Source: an uncultured Bifidobacteriaceae bacterium
GTDB taxonomy: Bacteria > Acidobacteriota > Vicinamibacteria > Vicinamibacterales > JAENWD01
Assembly: GCA_964446605.1 (NCBI GenBank)
Contig: CAYUPN010000004.1
Span: 8,122 to 72,121 of the forward strand
Direction of reading: 5' to 3'
DNA: 64,000 nucleotides
Positions 37,848-47,300 of this stretch are shown here, piece by piece. The position numbers and the translations under genes are program-made. The number at the start of each line of letters is the position of its first letter. Within the stretch, counting starts at the first letter, position 1. Under the pieces are notes generated by a model that ran no database searches, was not told where the DNA came from, and was given only the letters and a program-made list of their open reading frames with translations.

Positions 37848-39230
37848 TCAGGGTGGGTCGAGCCGGACGACCGGTCCCCGGTCCAGCGCCTCCAGCCCGG
37901 ACGCGACCCGGCCGGCGTCGCCGACCGCCAGGGACACCAGCCGGTCGGGGTGCAGGTGGCGGCATGCGGCGTCCTGGACGTCTTCGAGTGTGAGGGCCCG
38001 TATGCGCGGAACGAACGTCGCGAAGTAGTCGTCCGGCAGTTCGTACAGCGCGAGCTGCGCCACACTGCGCGCGATCTGATCGGCGGTCTCGAAGTTCCGC
38101 GGATAGCCGCGCGTCAGCGCGGCACGGGCGGTGTCGAGCTCGGCCGCCGTGATGGGCGCCGTACTGCAGAGCCTTTCGACTTCCCCAATCGACTCGCGGA
38201 TCGCCTCGGCGGTCGCGTCGGTCTGGACGCTCGCCTGCATCTGGAAGGCGCCCGCTCCGACCCTGAACTCGAAGAACGAGCGGGCGCCGTACGTGTAGCC
38301 GCGCCGCTCCCGCAGGTTCATGTTCAGCCGGCTGACGAACTGTCCCCCGAGGACGAGATTCGCGAGCAGCAGCGCGTGGTAGTCGGGCGTCGACCGCGGC
38401 GCGCCGCGGTGGCCGACCCGCAGTTCGGATTGCGCGGCGCCCGGGCGATCGACCAGCAGCACCTTGTCGCGCGGATCGGGAGGCGGTCCGAGCCGCGGCT
38501 CGGGCATCGGTTCCCACCCCGCCGGCGCATCCCACGGGCCGAGGACATCGAGGACGTCCCGTTCCGCCGCGTCGTGATCGAGGTCTCCCGCCATGAGGAG
38601 CACCGCACGCCCGGGCACGAAGGCCGCCTGGTGAAATGCGCGCACCTGGTCCAGCGACATCGTCTCCAGCGCGGCCATGGTGCCGATCGCGAGATGCCCA
38701 TACGGATGCGCGCCGAACAGCGCGGCGGTGAACGCGCGGTCGGCCGTCGCCGACGGCACGTCCCTGAGCTGCCGGAGGCGGTTCATCCGGAGCTGGCGCA
38801 CCCGCTCGAACTCGGCGGCGTCGAAGCGCGGCCGTGCCACCATGTCGCCGAGCAGCTCCAGGCCGTCGCGCCGGAAGCGCGACAGCGTGGTCAGCGTCAG
38901 GAACGTCGCGTCGGGTCCGACCTCGGTATCGAACTGCGCGCCGATCCGCGCCAGCGCCTCGTGCATCTCGAGCGTGGTCCGGCCGCCGCCCCCCTCGTCG
39001 AGCATGTCCCCGGTGAGCGAGGCCAGCCCCGGACCGTCCGGCGGATCGGCCGAGGATCCCGCCCGGACCAGCAGCACCGTCGTCACGACCGGCACCTCTC
39101 CGTGTGAGACGGTCCAGAGCGACAGGCCGTTGGGGAGACGACGCTTGCGGATGTCCGGGAACAGGAAGGGGCGATCGGCCCCGACGGCGGGCGCGAGCGA
39201 GCGATCGAGCACGTCAGTGCACCACGACAA
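37848..39230 (-). CDS. M16-family peptidase subunit lacking the zinc motif (non-catalytic partner)
   Basis: GLASLTGDMLDEG sits where HxxEH should be. Overlaps the upstream M16 gene by 17 nt. Confidence 0.82.
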   Translation of the reverse strand: MSWCTDVLDRSLAPAVGADRPFLFPDIRKRRLPNGLSLWTVSHGEVPVVTTVLLVRAGSSADPPDGPGLASLTGDMLDEGGGGRTTLEMHEALARIGAQFDTEVGPDATFLTLTTLSRFRRDGLELLGDMVARPRFDAAEFERVRQLRMNRLRQLRDVPSATADRAFTAALFGAHPYGHLAIGTMAALETMSLDQVRAFHQAAFVPGRAVLLMAGDLDHDAAERDVLDVLGPWDAPAGWEPMPEPRLGPPPDPRDKVLLVDRPGAAQSELRVGHRGAPRSTPDYHALLLANLVLGGQFVSRLNMNLRERRGYTYGARSFFEFRVGAGAFQMQASVQTDATAEAIRESIGEVERLCSTAPITAAELDTARAALTRGYPRNFETADQIARSVAQLALYELPDDYFATFVPRIRALTLEDVQDAACRHLHPDRLVSLAVGDAGRVASGLEALDRGPVVRLDPP

Positions 39231-40521
39231 GCGCCGAATCCGACAGCGCGAGCGCGTGCTGTCCCTGCGGGACGACGCTCACGGAGACCGGCGCGGGCGC
39301 ACGGAGGAATCGCGCCGCTGCCGACGCGAGCGAGGCGGGGGTGGCGGTCAGGTACCGCGCCAGATCGTGCGTGAAGTACTCGGGCTCCCCCAGGAAGACG
39401 TTGTAGGCGTTGAGCTGATCCGACTTGCCGCCGAAGCCGCCGACCGTCTGCACGCGATAGACGAACTGTGCCTCCGCCTGCGCGAGGATCCGCGTCATCT
39501 CGCCCTCGTTCGGCCCCTCGGCCGCGAGGGTCCCGACTTCCTCGAGAATCGCCGCTTCCAGTTCGTCCAGCGTGCGCCCCGGCGCGGCCGTTGCGACGAT
39601 CTGGAAGAAGCCGGCGATCTCGCGGGACTGCTGGAACGCCGCGATCTCGGTGGCGATGCGGCGCTCGTACACCAGCCGGCGGTAGAGGCGCGAGGTCTTG
39701 CCGCTGCCGAGCAGATCGGCGACGAGGTCGAGCTCGGCGTCGTCGGGGGCGAACATCGCCGGCGAATGCCAGGCCAGGTAGATGCGCGGCAGCTCGACCC
39801 GATCCTCGAGCAGGATGCGGCGCGGCGCACCCGCCGTCGGTGCAGGGACCGCGGGCTGGATGACGTCCGGACCGGGGCGGAGGTCGCCGAAGTACCGCTC
39901 GGCGAGCGCGAAGGCCTCTGCCGCGTCGATCGCGCCCGCGATGGCGAGCGACGCGTTGGCCGGGTGGTAGTACGTCGCGAAGAACTCGTGGACCTCGTCC
40001 AGCGTCGCCGCGCGCAGATCGTCGGGGGCGCCGATCGTGAGCCAGTGATACGGATGATCGGGCGGGAACAGCGCCGCGAGCGTCGCCATGGCGGCGCGGC
40101 CGTACGGCCGGTTCTCGTAGTTCTGCCGGCGTTCGTTCAGCACGACCTCGCGCTGGTTCTCGAACTTCTCCTGCGTGAGCGCCGGCAGCAGGAAGCCCAT
40201 GCGGTCGGACTCGAGCCAGAGCGCCAGCTCGACGGCTCCGGTCGGCACGACCTCCCAGTAGTTCGTGCGATCCGCGTTCGTCGACCCGTTGAGGATCGCG
40301 CCGGCCCCCTGGAGCGGCTGGAAGTAGCCCTGATCGTGGTGCGCCGATCCCTCGAACATCAGGTGCTCGAACAGGTGGGCGAGGCCGGTGCGTCCGGGAC
40401 GCTCGTTCTTCGAGCCCACGTGATACCAGACGTTCACCGCGACGATCGGGCACGCGTGGTCCTCGTGCACGAGCACCGTCATCCCGTTCGCGAGCACACG
40501 CCGTTCGCAGCGGATGTCCAT
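39214..40521 (-). CDS. M16-family zinc peptidase (catalytic subunit)
   Basis: GLAHLFEHLMFEG contains the HxxEH motif. Confidence 0.88.
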   Translation of the reverse strand: MDIRCERRVLANGMTVLVHEDHACPIVAVNVWYHVGSKNERPGRTGLAHLFEHLMFEGSAHHDQGYFQPLQGAGAILNGSTNADRTNYWEVVPTGAVELALWLESDRMGFLLPALTQEKFENQREVVLNERRQNYENRPYGRAAMATLAALFPPDHPYHWLTIGAPDDLRAATLDEVHEFFATYYHPANASLAIAGAIDAAEAFALAERYFGDLRPGPDVIQPAVPAPTAGAPRRILLEDRVELPRIYLAWHSPAMFAPDDAELDLVADLLGSGKTSRLYRRLVYERRIATEIAAFQQSREIAGFFQIVATAAPGRTLDELEAAILEEVGTLAAEGPNEGEMTRILAQAEAQFVYRVQTVGGFGGKSDQLNAYNVFLGEPEYFTHDLARYLTATPASLASAAARFLRAPAPVSVSVVPQGQHALALSDSALVVVH

Positions 40522-40683
40522 AGCTCACCCGAATCGTAGCAGTCGTGGAGCGGCGGCGCGCGCAATCCGTCAGTCCGGTTGCACATCACCGGCCGGTGCC
40601 GGCGGCAGCAGTACACAGGATCCCGCGTCGCGGGGCCAGTGACCCCGGGGCGCGGGCCGCTGCCGGCTGGTTGGGCGGTGCCC

Positions 40684-41766
40684 CTACCGCACTTCGGTCA
40701 GGGGGATCACCCGGTTGAAGCTTGCGATCGAGACCTGCGCGGCCGCCTGCTCGGCCGCGGCGCGGAATGCGCGGGCCGCCGGCGAGTCCGGCTCGCCGAC
40801 GACAATCGGGACACCGCTGTCCCCGCCGACCCGGATCGGCTCGTAGATCGGCAGCCGCCCGAGGAAGGGGATGGAGAGGTCTCCGGCCAGGGTTTCGCCG
40901 GCGCCGCGGCCGAAGATGTCCGATTCGGTGCCGCAGCTCGGGCACACGAAATGGCTCATGTTCTCGATCAGACCGAGAGGACGGATGTTGAGCTTCTGGT
41001 ACATCCGCACGGCCCGGCGCGTGTCCGCCAGCGACACCTGCTGCGGCGTCGTCACGACGATGGCGCCGGACACCGGCACGGACTGGCTCAGGCTCAGGGC
41101 GACGTCTCCCGTGCCCGGCGGCAGATCGACGACGAGATAGTCGACATCGGTCCACCGGACCTGCCGGAAGAACTGCTGGACCGCCCCGTGCAGCATCGGG
41201 CCCCGCCAGATCACGGCCGAGTCGTCCTGCGCGAGGAATCCCATCGAGACGACCTGGATGCCGTAGGCCTCCGCCGGGATGATGCGGCCGTGCTCGTCCG
41301 CCTCGAGCTCCGTCCGGAGCCCGAGCATGATCGGCACGTTCGGGCCGTACATGTCGCCGTCGATCATCGCGACGCGGCTGCCGGTCTGGGCCAGGGCGAC
41401 GGCGAGATTCACCGCCACCGTGGTCTTGCCCACGCCCCCCTTGCCGGCGCCCACCGCGATGATGTTCCGCACCCCCGGCACCGGCTGCCGCGGGCCGTCG
41501 GCGACGGCGGTGGTCCGCACCGCGGCGGTCATCTCGATCTGCACGTCCTGCACGCCGGGGACGGCCAGGACGGCCGCCCGCGCCTGATCGCGCATCTGGT
41601 CCTTCACCGGGCAGGCCGGCGTCGTCAGCTCGATGGTGAACGAGACGCGGCCCCCGTCGATGGCCAGCTTCTTCACGAAGCCCAGCGTGACGATGTCGCG
41701 GTGCAGGTCGGGGTCGCGGACGGCGCGAAGCGCGTCGAGAACGGCGTTGGGGTCGATGCTCGTCAT
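40684..41766 (-). CDS. apbC: Mrp/NBP35/ApbC Fe-S cluster carrier ATPase with an N-terminal DUF59 domain
   Basis: GKGGVGKTT P-loop and CPSCG motif. ATG 41766 found by residue count. Confidence 0.9.
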   Translation of the reverse strand: MTSIDPNAVLDALRAVRDPDLHRDIVTLGFVKKLAIDGGRVSFTIELTTPACPVKDQMRDQARAAVLAVPGVQDVQIEMTAAVRTTAVADGPRQPVPGVRNIIAVGAGKGGVGKTTVAVNLAVALAQTGSRVAMIDGDMYGPNVPIMLGLRTELEADEHGRIIPAEAYGIQVVSMGFLAQDDSAVIWRGPMLHGAVQQFFRQVRWTDVDYLVVDLPPGTGDVALSLSQSVPVSGAIVVTTPQQVSLADTRRAVRMYQKLNIRPLGLIENMSHFVCPSCGTESDIFGRGAGETLAGDLSIPFLGRLPIYEPIRVGGDSGVPIVVGEPDSPAARAFRAAAEQAAAQVSIASFNRVIPLTEVR

Positions 41767-41950
41767 GGAAATGGAGGCGGGGCCGTGGTCAGCCGGCGTG
41801 CGGGTCCCGGTACATCCCAGCTTACCGGCTCCTTGGGGGGGTCGCAACCCGGGCCCGGATCCCGTGCAGCCCGTGCTGGCAATCCGAATATTGTTCCGGT
41901 AGACTCGCGCGGACCACTTCCGGTCGGGTTAGACGTAGGAGACTCCGAGC

Positions 41951-42310
41951 ATGAGCGATGCTCCCACTCCCGGTGCCCAGTCCAGCAATCGCGGCATAAT
42001 GATCGTCCTGTCCTACCTCTGGCTGCTGGCGCTCGTGCCGCTGCTGGTGGAGAAGGAGGACAAGGAAGTCCAATGGCACGCCAAGCACGGGATCGTGCTG
42101 ATGGTGGCCGAAATCGTGCTCTGGATCGCCGTCACGATCATCAGCGTCGTGCTGGGTGCCATGTCGTTCGGGCTGGGCTGCCTCGTCAGTCTGCTGACCT
42201 TCGGCCTCTGGATCGGGATCCTCGTCGTCCACGTGATGTGCATCGTGAAGGGGATGAATGGCCAGCGGTTCCTCATCCCCGGTGTCAGCGAGTACGCGAG
42301 CCGCTTCTGA
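41951..42310 (+). CDS. DUF4870-like small membrane protein
   Basis: LSYLWLLALVPLLVEKEDKEVQWHAKHG followed by TM helices. Confidence 0.65.
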   Translation: MSDAPTPGAQSSNRGIMIVLSYLWLLALVPLLVEKEDKEVQWHAKHGIVLMVAEIVLWIAVTIISVVLGAMSFGLGCLVSLLTFGLWIGILVVHVMCIVKGMNGQRFLIPGVSEYASRF

Positions 42311-42356
42311 GACCCGGCGGCTCCGTCTCACACGCGCGCGCCTGATCCTGCTGCTG

Positions 42357-42626
42357 GTGGCGGCTGCCACGGCGGCGGATCTGGCGCGTGCGCCGGATCG
42401 ACAGCTCTCGGCCCGCGTGCTCCGCGCGGGCATCCACCTCTATCAGACGACCCTCTCTCCGCGCATGCCCACGCTCGGGGTGCGCTGCCGCTTCGAGCCG
42501 ACGTGCAGCCGGTACGCGGATGCCGTCATCGCGCGCGACGGCGCGCTGGTCGGCTCCTGGCGCACGGTGCGGCGTCTCGCGCGCTGCGGGCCCTGGACCC
42601 CGGCGGGCACGCTGGACCCGCCGTAA
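42357..42626 (+). CDS. yidD: membrane protein insertion efficiency factor YidD
   Basis: IHLYQTTLSP....CRFEPTCSRYA...RCGPW. Start uncertain: GTG 42357, GTG 42417 or track ATG 42258. Confidence 0.8.
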   Translation: MAAATAADLARAPDRQLSARVLRAGIHLYQTTLSPRMPTLGVRCRFEPTCSRYADAVIARDGALVGSWRTVRRLARCGPWTPAGTLDPP

Positions 42627-42638
42627 CCGTACGCCGCG

Positions 42639-43022
42639 TCAGACTTCGAACGTCCGGCGCACGTCCTCGTGCAGCGCCACCCAGATGGTGTACAGGCCGA
42701 GGGCCGTTCCGAAGGGCAGCAGGAGCAGATTCAGCACGGCGAGCACGAGCGACCCGTTGCGCGCCCAGGCACGGCGCGCGGCGAGCCCGCGGGCACAGAT
42801 CGCATGCGCACCGGCCCAGACGAGCGCCGCCAGCGCCAGCACGGCGAAGGTCGCGGTGGTCACGCCGGCCGCCACCTCGGTGCCGGGGGCCTCGAGACGC
42901 GCGCCGGTCACGACGATCGTGGCGGCCGCGCACGCGAACGCGCTCAGCGACACGCCGATGATGGCGTTGAAGGCCGCCCAGAACCGGAACAGGCGGATGA
43001 GGAAGTCGACGTGCGGTGTCAC
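42639..43022 (-). CDS. hypothetical four-TM membrane protein
   Basis: 127 aa, hydrophobic. Lies 33 nt downstream of the DnaJ-like gene. Confidence 0.6.
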   Translation of the reverse strand: MTPHVDFLIRLFRFWAAFNAIIGVSLSAFACAAATIVVTGARLEAPGTEVAAGVTTATFAVLALAALVWAGAHAICARGLAARRAWARNGSLVLAVLNLLLLPFGTALGLYTIWVALHEDVRRTFEV

Positions 43023-43055
43023 GGGACCTGCGGGCGTCGTGCGCCGCCGGGCCGA

Positions 43056-43550
43056 TCAGGCCACCGAGATGGTGACTTCGACGCGCGTGGGACGCGCGAA
43101 GGGCGGCGCGACGACAAAGCGGAAGCGCGTGCCGTCCGGAACCCGCGCCGGCACCGCGAGGTGGACGCAGTGTGCGCGATCGGCCTCGCCGGTCCCGCAG
43201 CAGGCGCCGCAGGGCACCGACCAGCTCTCGCCACGCCCTCCGCATTCGCGGCAGAGACTCGGCAGCGGCAGATCGACGGGCACGATGGTGCCGTCGAAGG
43301 CCTGGCGCGGCGTCAGCGTGACCTGCGCATGGACCAGCCCCGTGATCTCGTCGTCGGCGTCGAAGCTGTCGAGCAGCCGATCGGCCACCGTGCCGCACGC
43401 CGGGAAATCGATCCCGATCTCGTCGGCGAAGCAGGCGCGCGTCACCGACAGCGCCGGCGTTGCCGGCAGCGGCAGGGACTCGTCACGAAGCGGGCGAGGA
43501 AAGTCAGACACAGGCGTCTCGACCGCGGCGGCATCGCCGAGGCCTGACAC
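43056..43550 (-). CDS. J-domain-less DnaJ-like protein (CxxCxGxG zinc finger plus DnaJ C-terminal beta-domain-like region)
   Basis: CRECGGRGESWSVPCGACCGTG, then HLAVPARVPDGTRFRFVV. GTG 43550 preferred because codons 43551-43619 are atypical (ttg, aca, agg, gaa, tct) and overlap the opposing promoter. Confidence 0.55.
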   Translation of the reverse strand: MSGLGDAAAVETPVSDFPRPLRDESLPLPATPALSVTRACFADEIGIDFPACGTVADRLLDSFDADDEITGLVHAQVTLTPRQAFDGTIVPVDLPLPSLCRECGGRGESWSVPCGACCGTGEADRAHCVHLAVPARVPDGTRFRFVVAPPFARPTRVEVTISVA

Positions 43551-43573
43551 AGATTCCCTTTCCCGCACGCGCC

Positions 43574-43602
43574 TTGTCAAGGTGTCGGTGCGGTAGTAGG
43601 AT
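43574..43602 (+). promoter_or_regulatory. sigma70-like promoter TTGTCA-17 nt-TAGGAT for the zinc-ribbon gene pair
   Basis: The -10 ends 15 nt before ATG 43618. No Shine-Dalgarno in the short leader. Confidence 0.45.
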
Positions 43603-43617
43603 GCGCCCGAGCGCGGC

Positions 43618-43824
43618 ATGCCGGACACTCCGATTCCCCAGCTCGCCACCTGTCCCGACTGCGGCGGCATCCTGCAGCCCGTGCGTCCCGAACGGCTCAC
43701 CAGCTTCGAGGTCGCCGACGCCGACGACGCGCGGGACGGCGAACTGAACCTGCAGTGTCTGCTGTGCGGCTATGCGGTATGGGCGCCCGCCGCAGCGCCC
43801 GACGGACCGACACTTCCGGCATGA
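43618..43824 (+). CDS. zinc-ribbon microprotein A (68 aa)
   Basis: CPDCG ...31 aa... CLLCG. High-GC3 codons. Confidence 0.55.
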   Translation: MPDTPIPQLATCPDCGGILQPVRPERLTSFEVADADDARDGELNLQCLLCGYAVWAPAAAPDGPTLPA

Positions 43825-43997
43825 CGACGCCGACGCGCGAGTGTCCCCTCTGCGGCGAGATGATGCGCCTCGTCGAGCGCACCGTCGTCGACCGCGTTCC
43901 CGGCAGCTCGCAGGAACGCACGTCGACCTACGCCGAATGGGTCTGCCCCGAGTGCGACTACTTCGAAGAGAAGGACGCTGAGTCGGCGGGCTGGTGA
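43821..43997 (+). CDS. zinc-ribbon microprotein B (58 aa)
   Basis: CPLCG ...30 aa... CPECDYFE. ATG 43821 overlaps the stop of A (ATGA). Confidence 0.55.
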   Translation: MTTPTRECPLCGEMMRLVERTVVDRVPGSSQERTSTYAEWVCPECDYFEEKDAESAGW

Positions 43998-43999
43998 TG

Positions 44000-44018
44000 C
44001 GGCGGCCCCTGGCCGCCG
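44000..44018. terminator. bidirectional hairpin CGGCGGCC-CCT-GGCCGCCG
   Basis: 8-bp perfect stem filling most of the 27-nt gap between convergent stops at 43997 and 44025. Confidence 0.5.
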
Positions 44019-44024
44019 GGGCGC

Positions 44025-44246
44025 TCAGCGGGCGCCGATGGTCAGCAGCACTTCACGGCGAATCGAGTCTTCGAGCTCCTCGAGCTTCAACGCGCTGTCA
44101 CACTCGTCGCACAGCACTTCCAGAACGGCCGGACGGCTTTCCTCGGACACTTCCACCCGCGAGTCCTCGAGGTGAACGACATGCATCTGGAGGGACTTCA
44201 CCAGAAAATTCTTGTCGTTCCCGCAGTTCGGGCATGTCAGGGCCAC
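44025..44246 (-). CDS. zinc-ribbon microprotein C (73 aa)
   Basis: CPNCG ...37 aa... CDECD. GTG 44246 is preceded by GGAGAGAGGAG at 7 nt. TAGAAT box lies further upstream. Confidence 0.55.
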   Translation of the reverse strand: MALTCPNCGNDKNFLVKSLQMHVVHLEDSRVEVSEESRPAVLEVLCDECDSALKLEELEDSIRREVLLTIGAR

Positions 44247-44339
44247 AGAGGCGCTCCTCTCTCCTGTATGAATGGCAGACACGATAACAGCCCGATTCTA
44301 GGAGATACCTGAACGCGGCGCTACAAAAAACGTGCCTCG

Positions 44340-47300
44340 TCAAATCGAGCGGGCTTCGTCCCGATACAACAGCACGCCGCGAACCGCCAGTTCCGGGGCG
44401 AGCGCGCGCACCGCACGGACATAGCGGTCGAGCTGTTCGCGATGCGAGGGATCCGCGGCACCGGTCTTCCAGTCGACGACCGTCGCCTCGCCCGAGGCCA
44501 CGGCGACAATGTCCGCCACGCCGCTCCAGACCGTGTCCCCCTCGCGAAGGACCAGCGGGACCTCGTGCCACCGATCCGGGCTGCCCATGATGACCCGGGC
44601 GCCCGGGTGAGCCGACAGCGCGCCGACGGCAGCCGCTGCGGCGGTGGTCAGCCGTTTCCGTTCGTCCGCATCCACGTGAGGGGCGACCTCGTCGATCATG
44701 CGGGCGACCCCGTCCGGATCGGGCGGGGAAGGGTCGACCGCCCCCGGGCGGGCCTGCTCGAGGAGCCGGTGCACCAATATGCCGAGCAGACGGGGATTCA
44801 CTTCCCGGTCCGTACCGGGCGGTGCCTCCCCGGTCCCGTCGTGCGGCTCGTCCGAGATCCGCCGCCGGCGGACGGCAGATGCCGGCTCGAGCGGCTCGAA
44901 GTCCACGCCGACAACGGCCTCTGCGCCGGATCGCGCCACCTCGGGAATCTCGCCTGCTGCCGGCGGCACGACGGCGAATACGTGGCGCGCGGTGGAGCCC
45001 TGCCATTCGATGCTGCCGTCCCCCCTGGCCGCGCTCTCGAAGAGCGCCCCGACCTCAGGGGGAAGCACGTCCCCCAGCCCGCCGCGCAGCGCGGTGAACC
45101 GGCCGTCGGCGTCGAGGCTCGTCGCCAGGTACAGCCGGTCACGCGCGCGCGTGACCGCGACGTACAGCAGGCGCTTCAGCTCCTCCCGATCCTTTTCGGA
45201 CGCATCGTCGTCGGCAGCCGACCTGAACTCGCCGACGGACACGGACACTTCGGTGTCCGGGTGGTCATCGCCGCCCGGCACGGCAACGCGAATCGGATCC
45301 CGTCCTCCGCCTGCGCCGCGCCCCAGGTTGACGAGGAATACGACCGGGAACTCGAGCCCCTTGGCGGCATGGATCGTCATCAGGTTCACGGCCGCGACCG
45401 CGTCGACGGCGGCGTTCGACTCGTCGCCGGCCGACAGCCGGTCGAGGTACTCGGCAACCCGGCCGAGGGTCGCGTACCCGCGGTTCTGGATCCGGCGCAC
45501 GAGGCTGCGGACCTTCTTCAGGTTCTCCGTCGCCTGATGCCGCCGGAACCCGTCGGCCTCGCCGTCGTCGCCGGATGCCACCGGGCTCCCCACCTCCCAC
45601 GCGAAGGCCGTCTCGACGAGGACCCGATCGAGCAAATCGGCGGGGCGGATCCTGTCCGCGAGCTCGATCCAGCGGCGCGCGGCAGGGCGCAGCAGGTCGA
45701 GCGTGCGCCTGTCGTCTTCTGAGAGCACGACACCGGGGGGCGCGTCTCCGAGCACCGCAGCGGCGATACCGGGAGCCAGCTTCGCCAGGGCATCGTCGGA
45801 GAGCCGTACGAAACGCGAACGCAGGAGGGCCGCGGCGCGCAGATCGGACCAGGGGTTTGCCAGATAGCGCAGGATCGCGAAGACGTCCTTGACCTCGTCG
45901 GCGTCGAAGAATCCCAGGCCTTTGTAGACGTAACTCGGAATCGCCCGGCGCTCGAGCGCGGCCTCGAAGGCCTGATGCCCCTCCCGGGTGCGGAACAGGA
46001 TGGCGATGTCGCCCGGCTGCGCGCGCCGCATGACACCGGTCTGCCGATCGCGGACCGATTCGCTCGCGAGCAGACGCTGGATTTCCGCCGCGACGGCTTC
46101 GGCCTGCGCGGCCAGATCCGGCGCGGCGAGAAGCGCGAGCGCCGGGTCACCGATCCCGGTCACGGTGGGCACGGGGAACCGGTCGCGCTCCTCGTACGTG
46201 AACGCGTCCGGGCGATCGGGCTGCTTGTCGATGGCGAGACAGAGGTCGTTCGTGAACGCCAGCAGCGGCGGCACGGCGCGGAAGCTCTGCCGGATCGCAC
46301 GCAGCGGGCTCCCGTCCGGGCGCAGGCCGGCGATCTGCCCGGCCGCACGGGACAGCACGCCGGCGTCCGCGTCGCGGAAGCCGTAGATCGACTGCTTCCG
46401 ATCCCCGACGACGAAGATCGACGGCGGCAGCGGCGCGTCCTGCGCGGTGCCGAGCCCTTCGGACCACGCCTGGACCAGGTGCCAGATCAGCTGCCACTGC
46501 GCGTCGCTGGTGTCCTGGAACTCATCGACCAGGAGATGGTGGAAGCGCGTCTCCAGCAGGTACCGCGACCGCGCGAACTCGCCCATGCCGCCGACCAGCG
46601 CGAGCGCCCGCTCGAGCGCGTCGGGGAAATCGACGACCGCGTGCTCTTCGAGGACGCGCCGGTACTCGTCGCGGGCAAGGCGGAACAGCTTCCAGACGCC
46701 GCGCGTGAGCACCGCGTTGAGATCGCGGCGGAAGGCCGCGAGGTCGTCCTGCAGGCGCTCGGCGATGACGGCCGCTGTCGCGCGATGCCAGCGCAGCGCG
46801 GCGTCGCTGTCGGCGTGGGCGCTCGTGTACAGCGGCCAGCGCTTCCGGATTCCTCCCTTGTTGGTGAAGAAGTACTCGGTGATCCCGTCGACGACGAGCC
46901 GGATCTCGCGGGCGGCGATTCCGGGCGGCACATGGCCCGGGAGGAGCCGGCGCAGGTCGGCCGCGAACAGACGGTATCGCGGGTGGCGGATCGGCCCGGT
47001 GCCGAGGAACCGTTCGAGCCCACGGCCGCTCGACTCGATGGACGCCGAGAACCGGCCGAGCGTCGACACGGCCATCGCCGACGGCGTGAGCTCACGCGGC
47101 GTGGGCCGGACCGCGCGATCGAGCACCGGTCCGGCCACGAGCCGTCTGTCGAGCAGCCGCCGCAGCCCCTCGCGGAGGCGGAACTCGCCGAGCTCCGCGA
47201 ACACGAGCGCGACGGTCTCGTCCTCGCGCGCGATTGCGCGACAGATGCGCAGCGTGCGATCGAGCGCCTCGTCGGTCAGCCGCAGCGCCTCGGTCTCGTC

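Noticed and set aside
40620-40640. The palindrome CCCGCGTCGCGGGG and similar short GC palindromes in intergenic regions, considered as operator or REP-like elements.
   Set aside because: Short GC-rich inverted repeats are expected by chance at this base composition. I saw no repeated family of them across the window's intergenic regions beyond generic terminator-like hairpins.
41874-41892. A sigma-54 promoter-like TGGCA element upstream of the DUF4870 gene.
   Set aside because: Only the -24 GG half matches. The -12 TTGC element is absent at the required spacing (the sequence reads ATAT there).
43551-43619. A longer version of the DnaJ-like gene starting at ATG 43619, which would share a CATG with the divergent ATG 43618.
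   Set aside because: Codons in this stretch (ttg, aca, agg, gaa, agg, gaa, tct) are atypical for the genome, and the segment coincides with the TTGTCA/TAGGAT promoter of the opposite gene. GTG 43550 is preferred, but the start remains uncertain.
44247-44282. The track start (GTG 44282) for zinc-ribbon protein C.
   Set aside because: It has no ribosome-binding site. It would also translate through the strong GGAGAGAGGAG Shine-Dalgarno that sits 7 nt before GTG 44246. The shorter form begins right at the CPNCG knuckle context.
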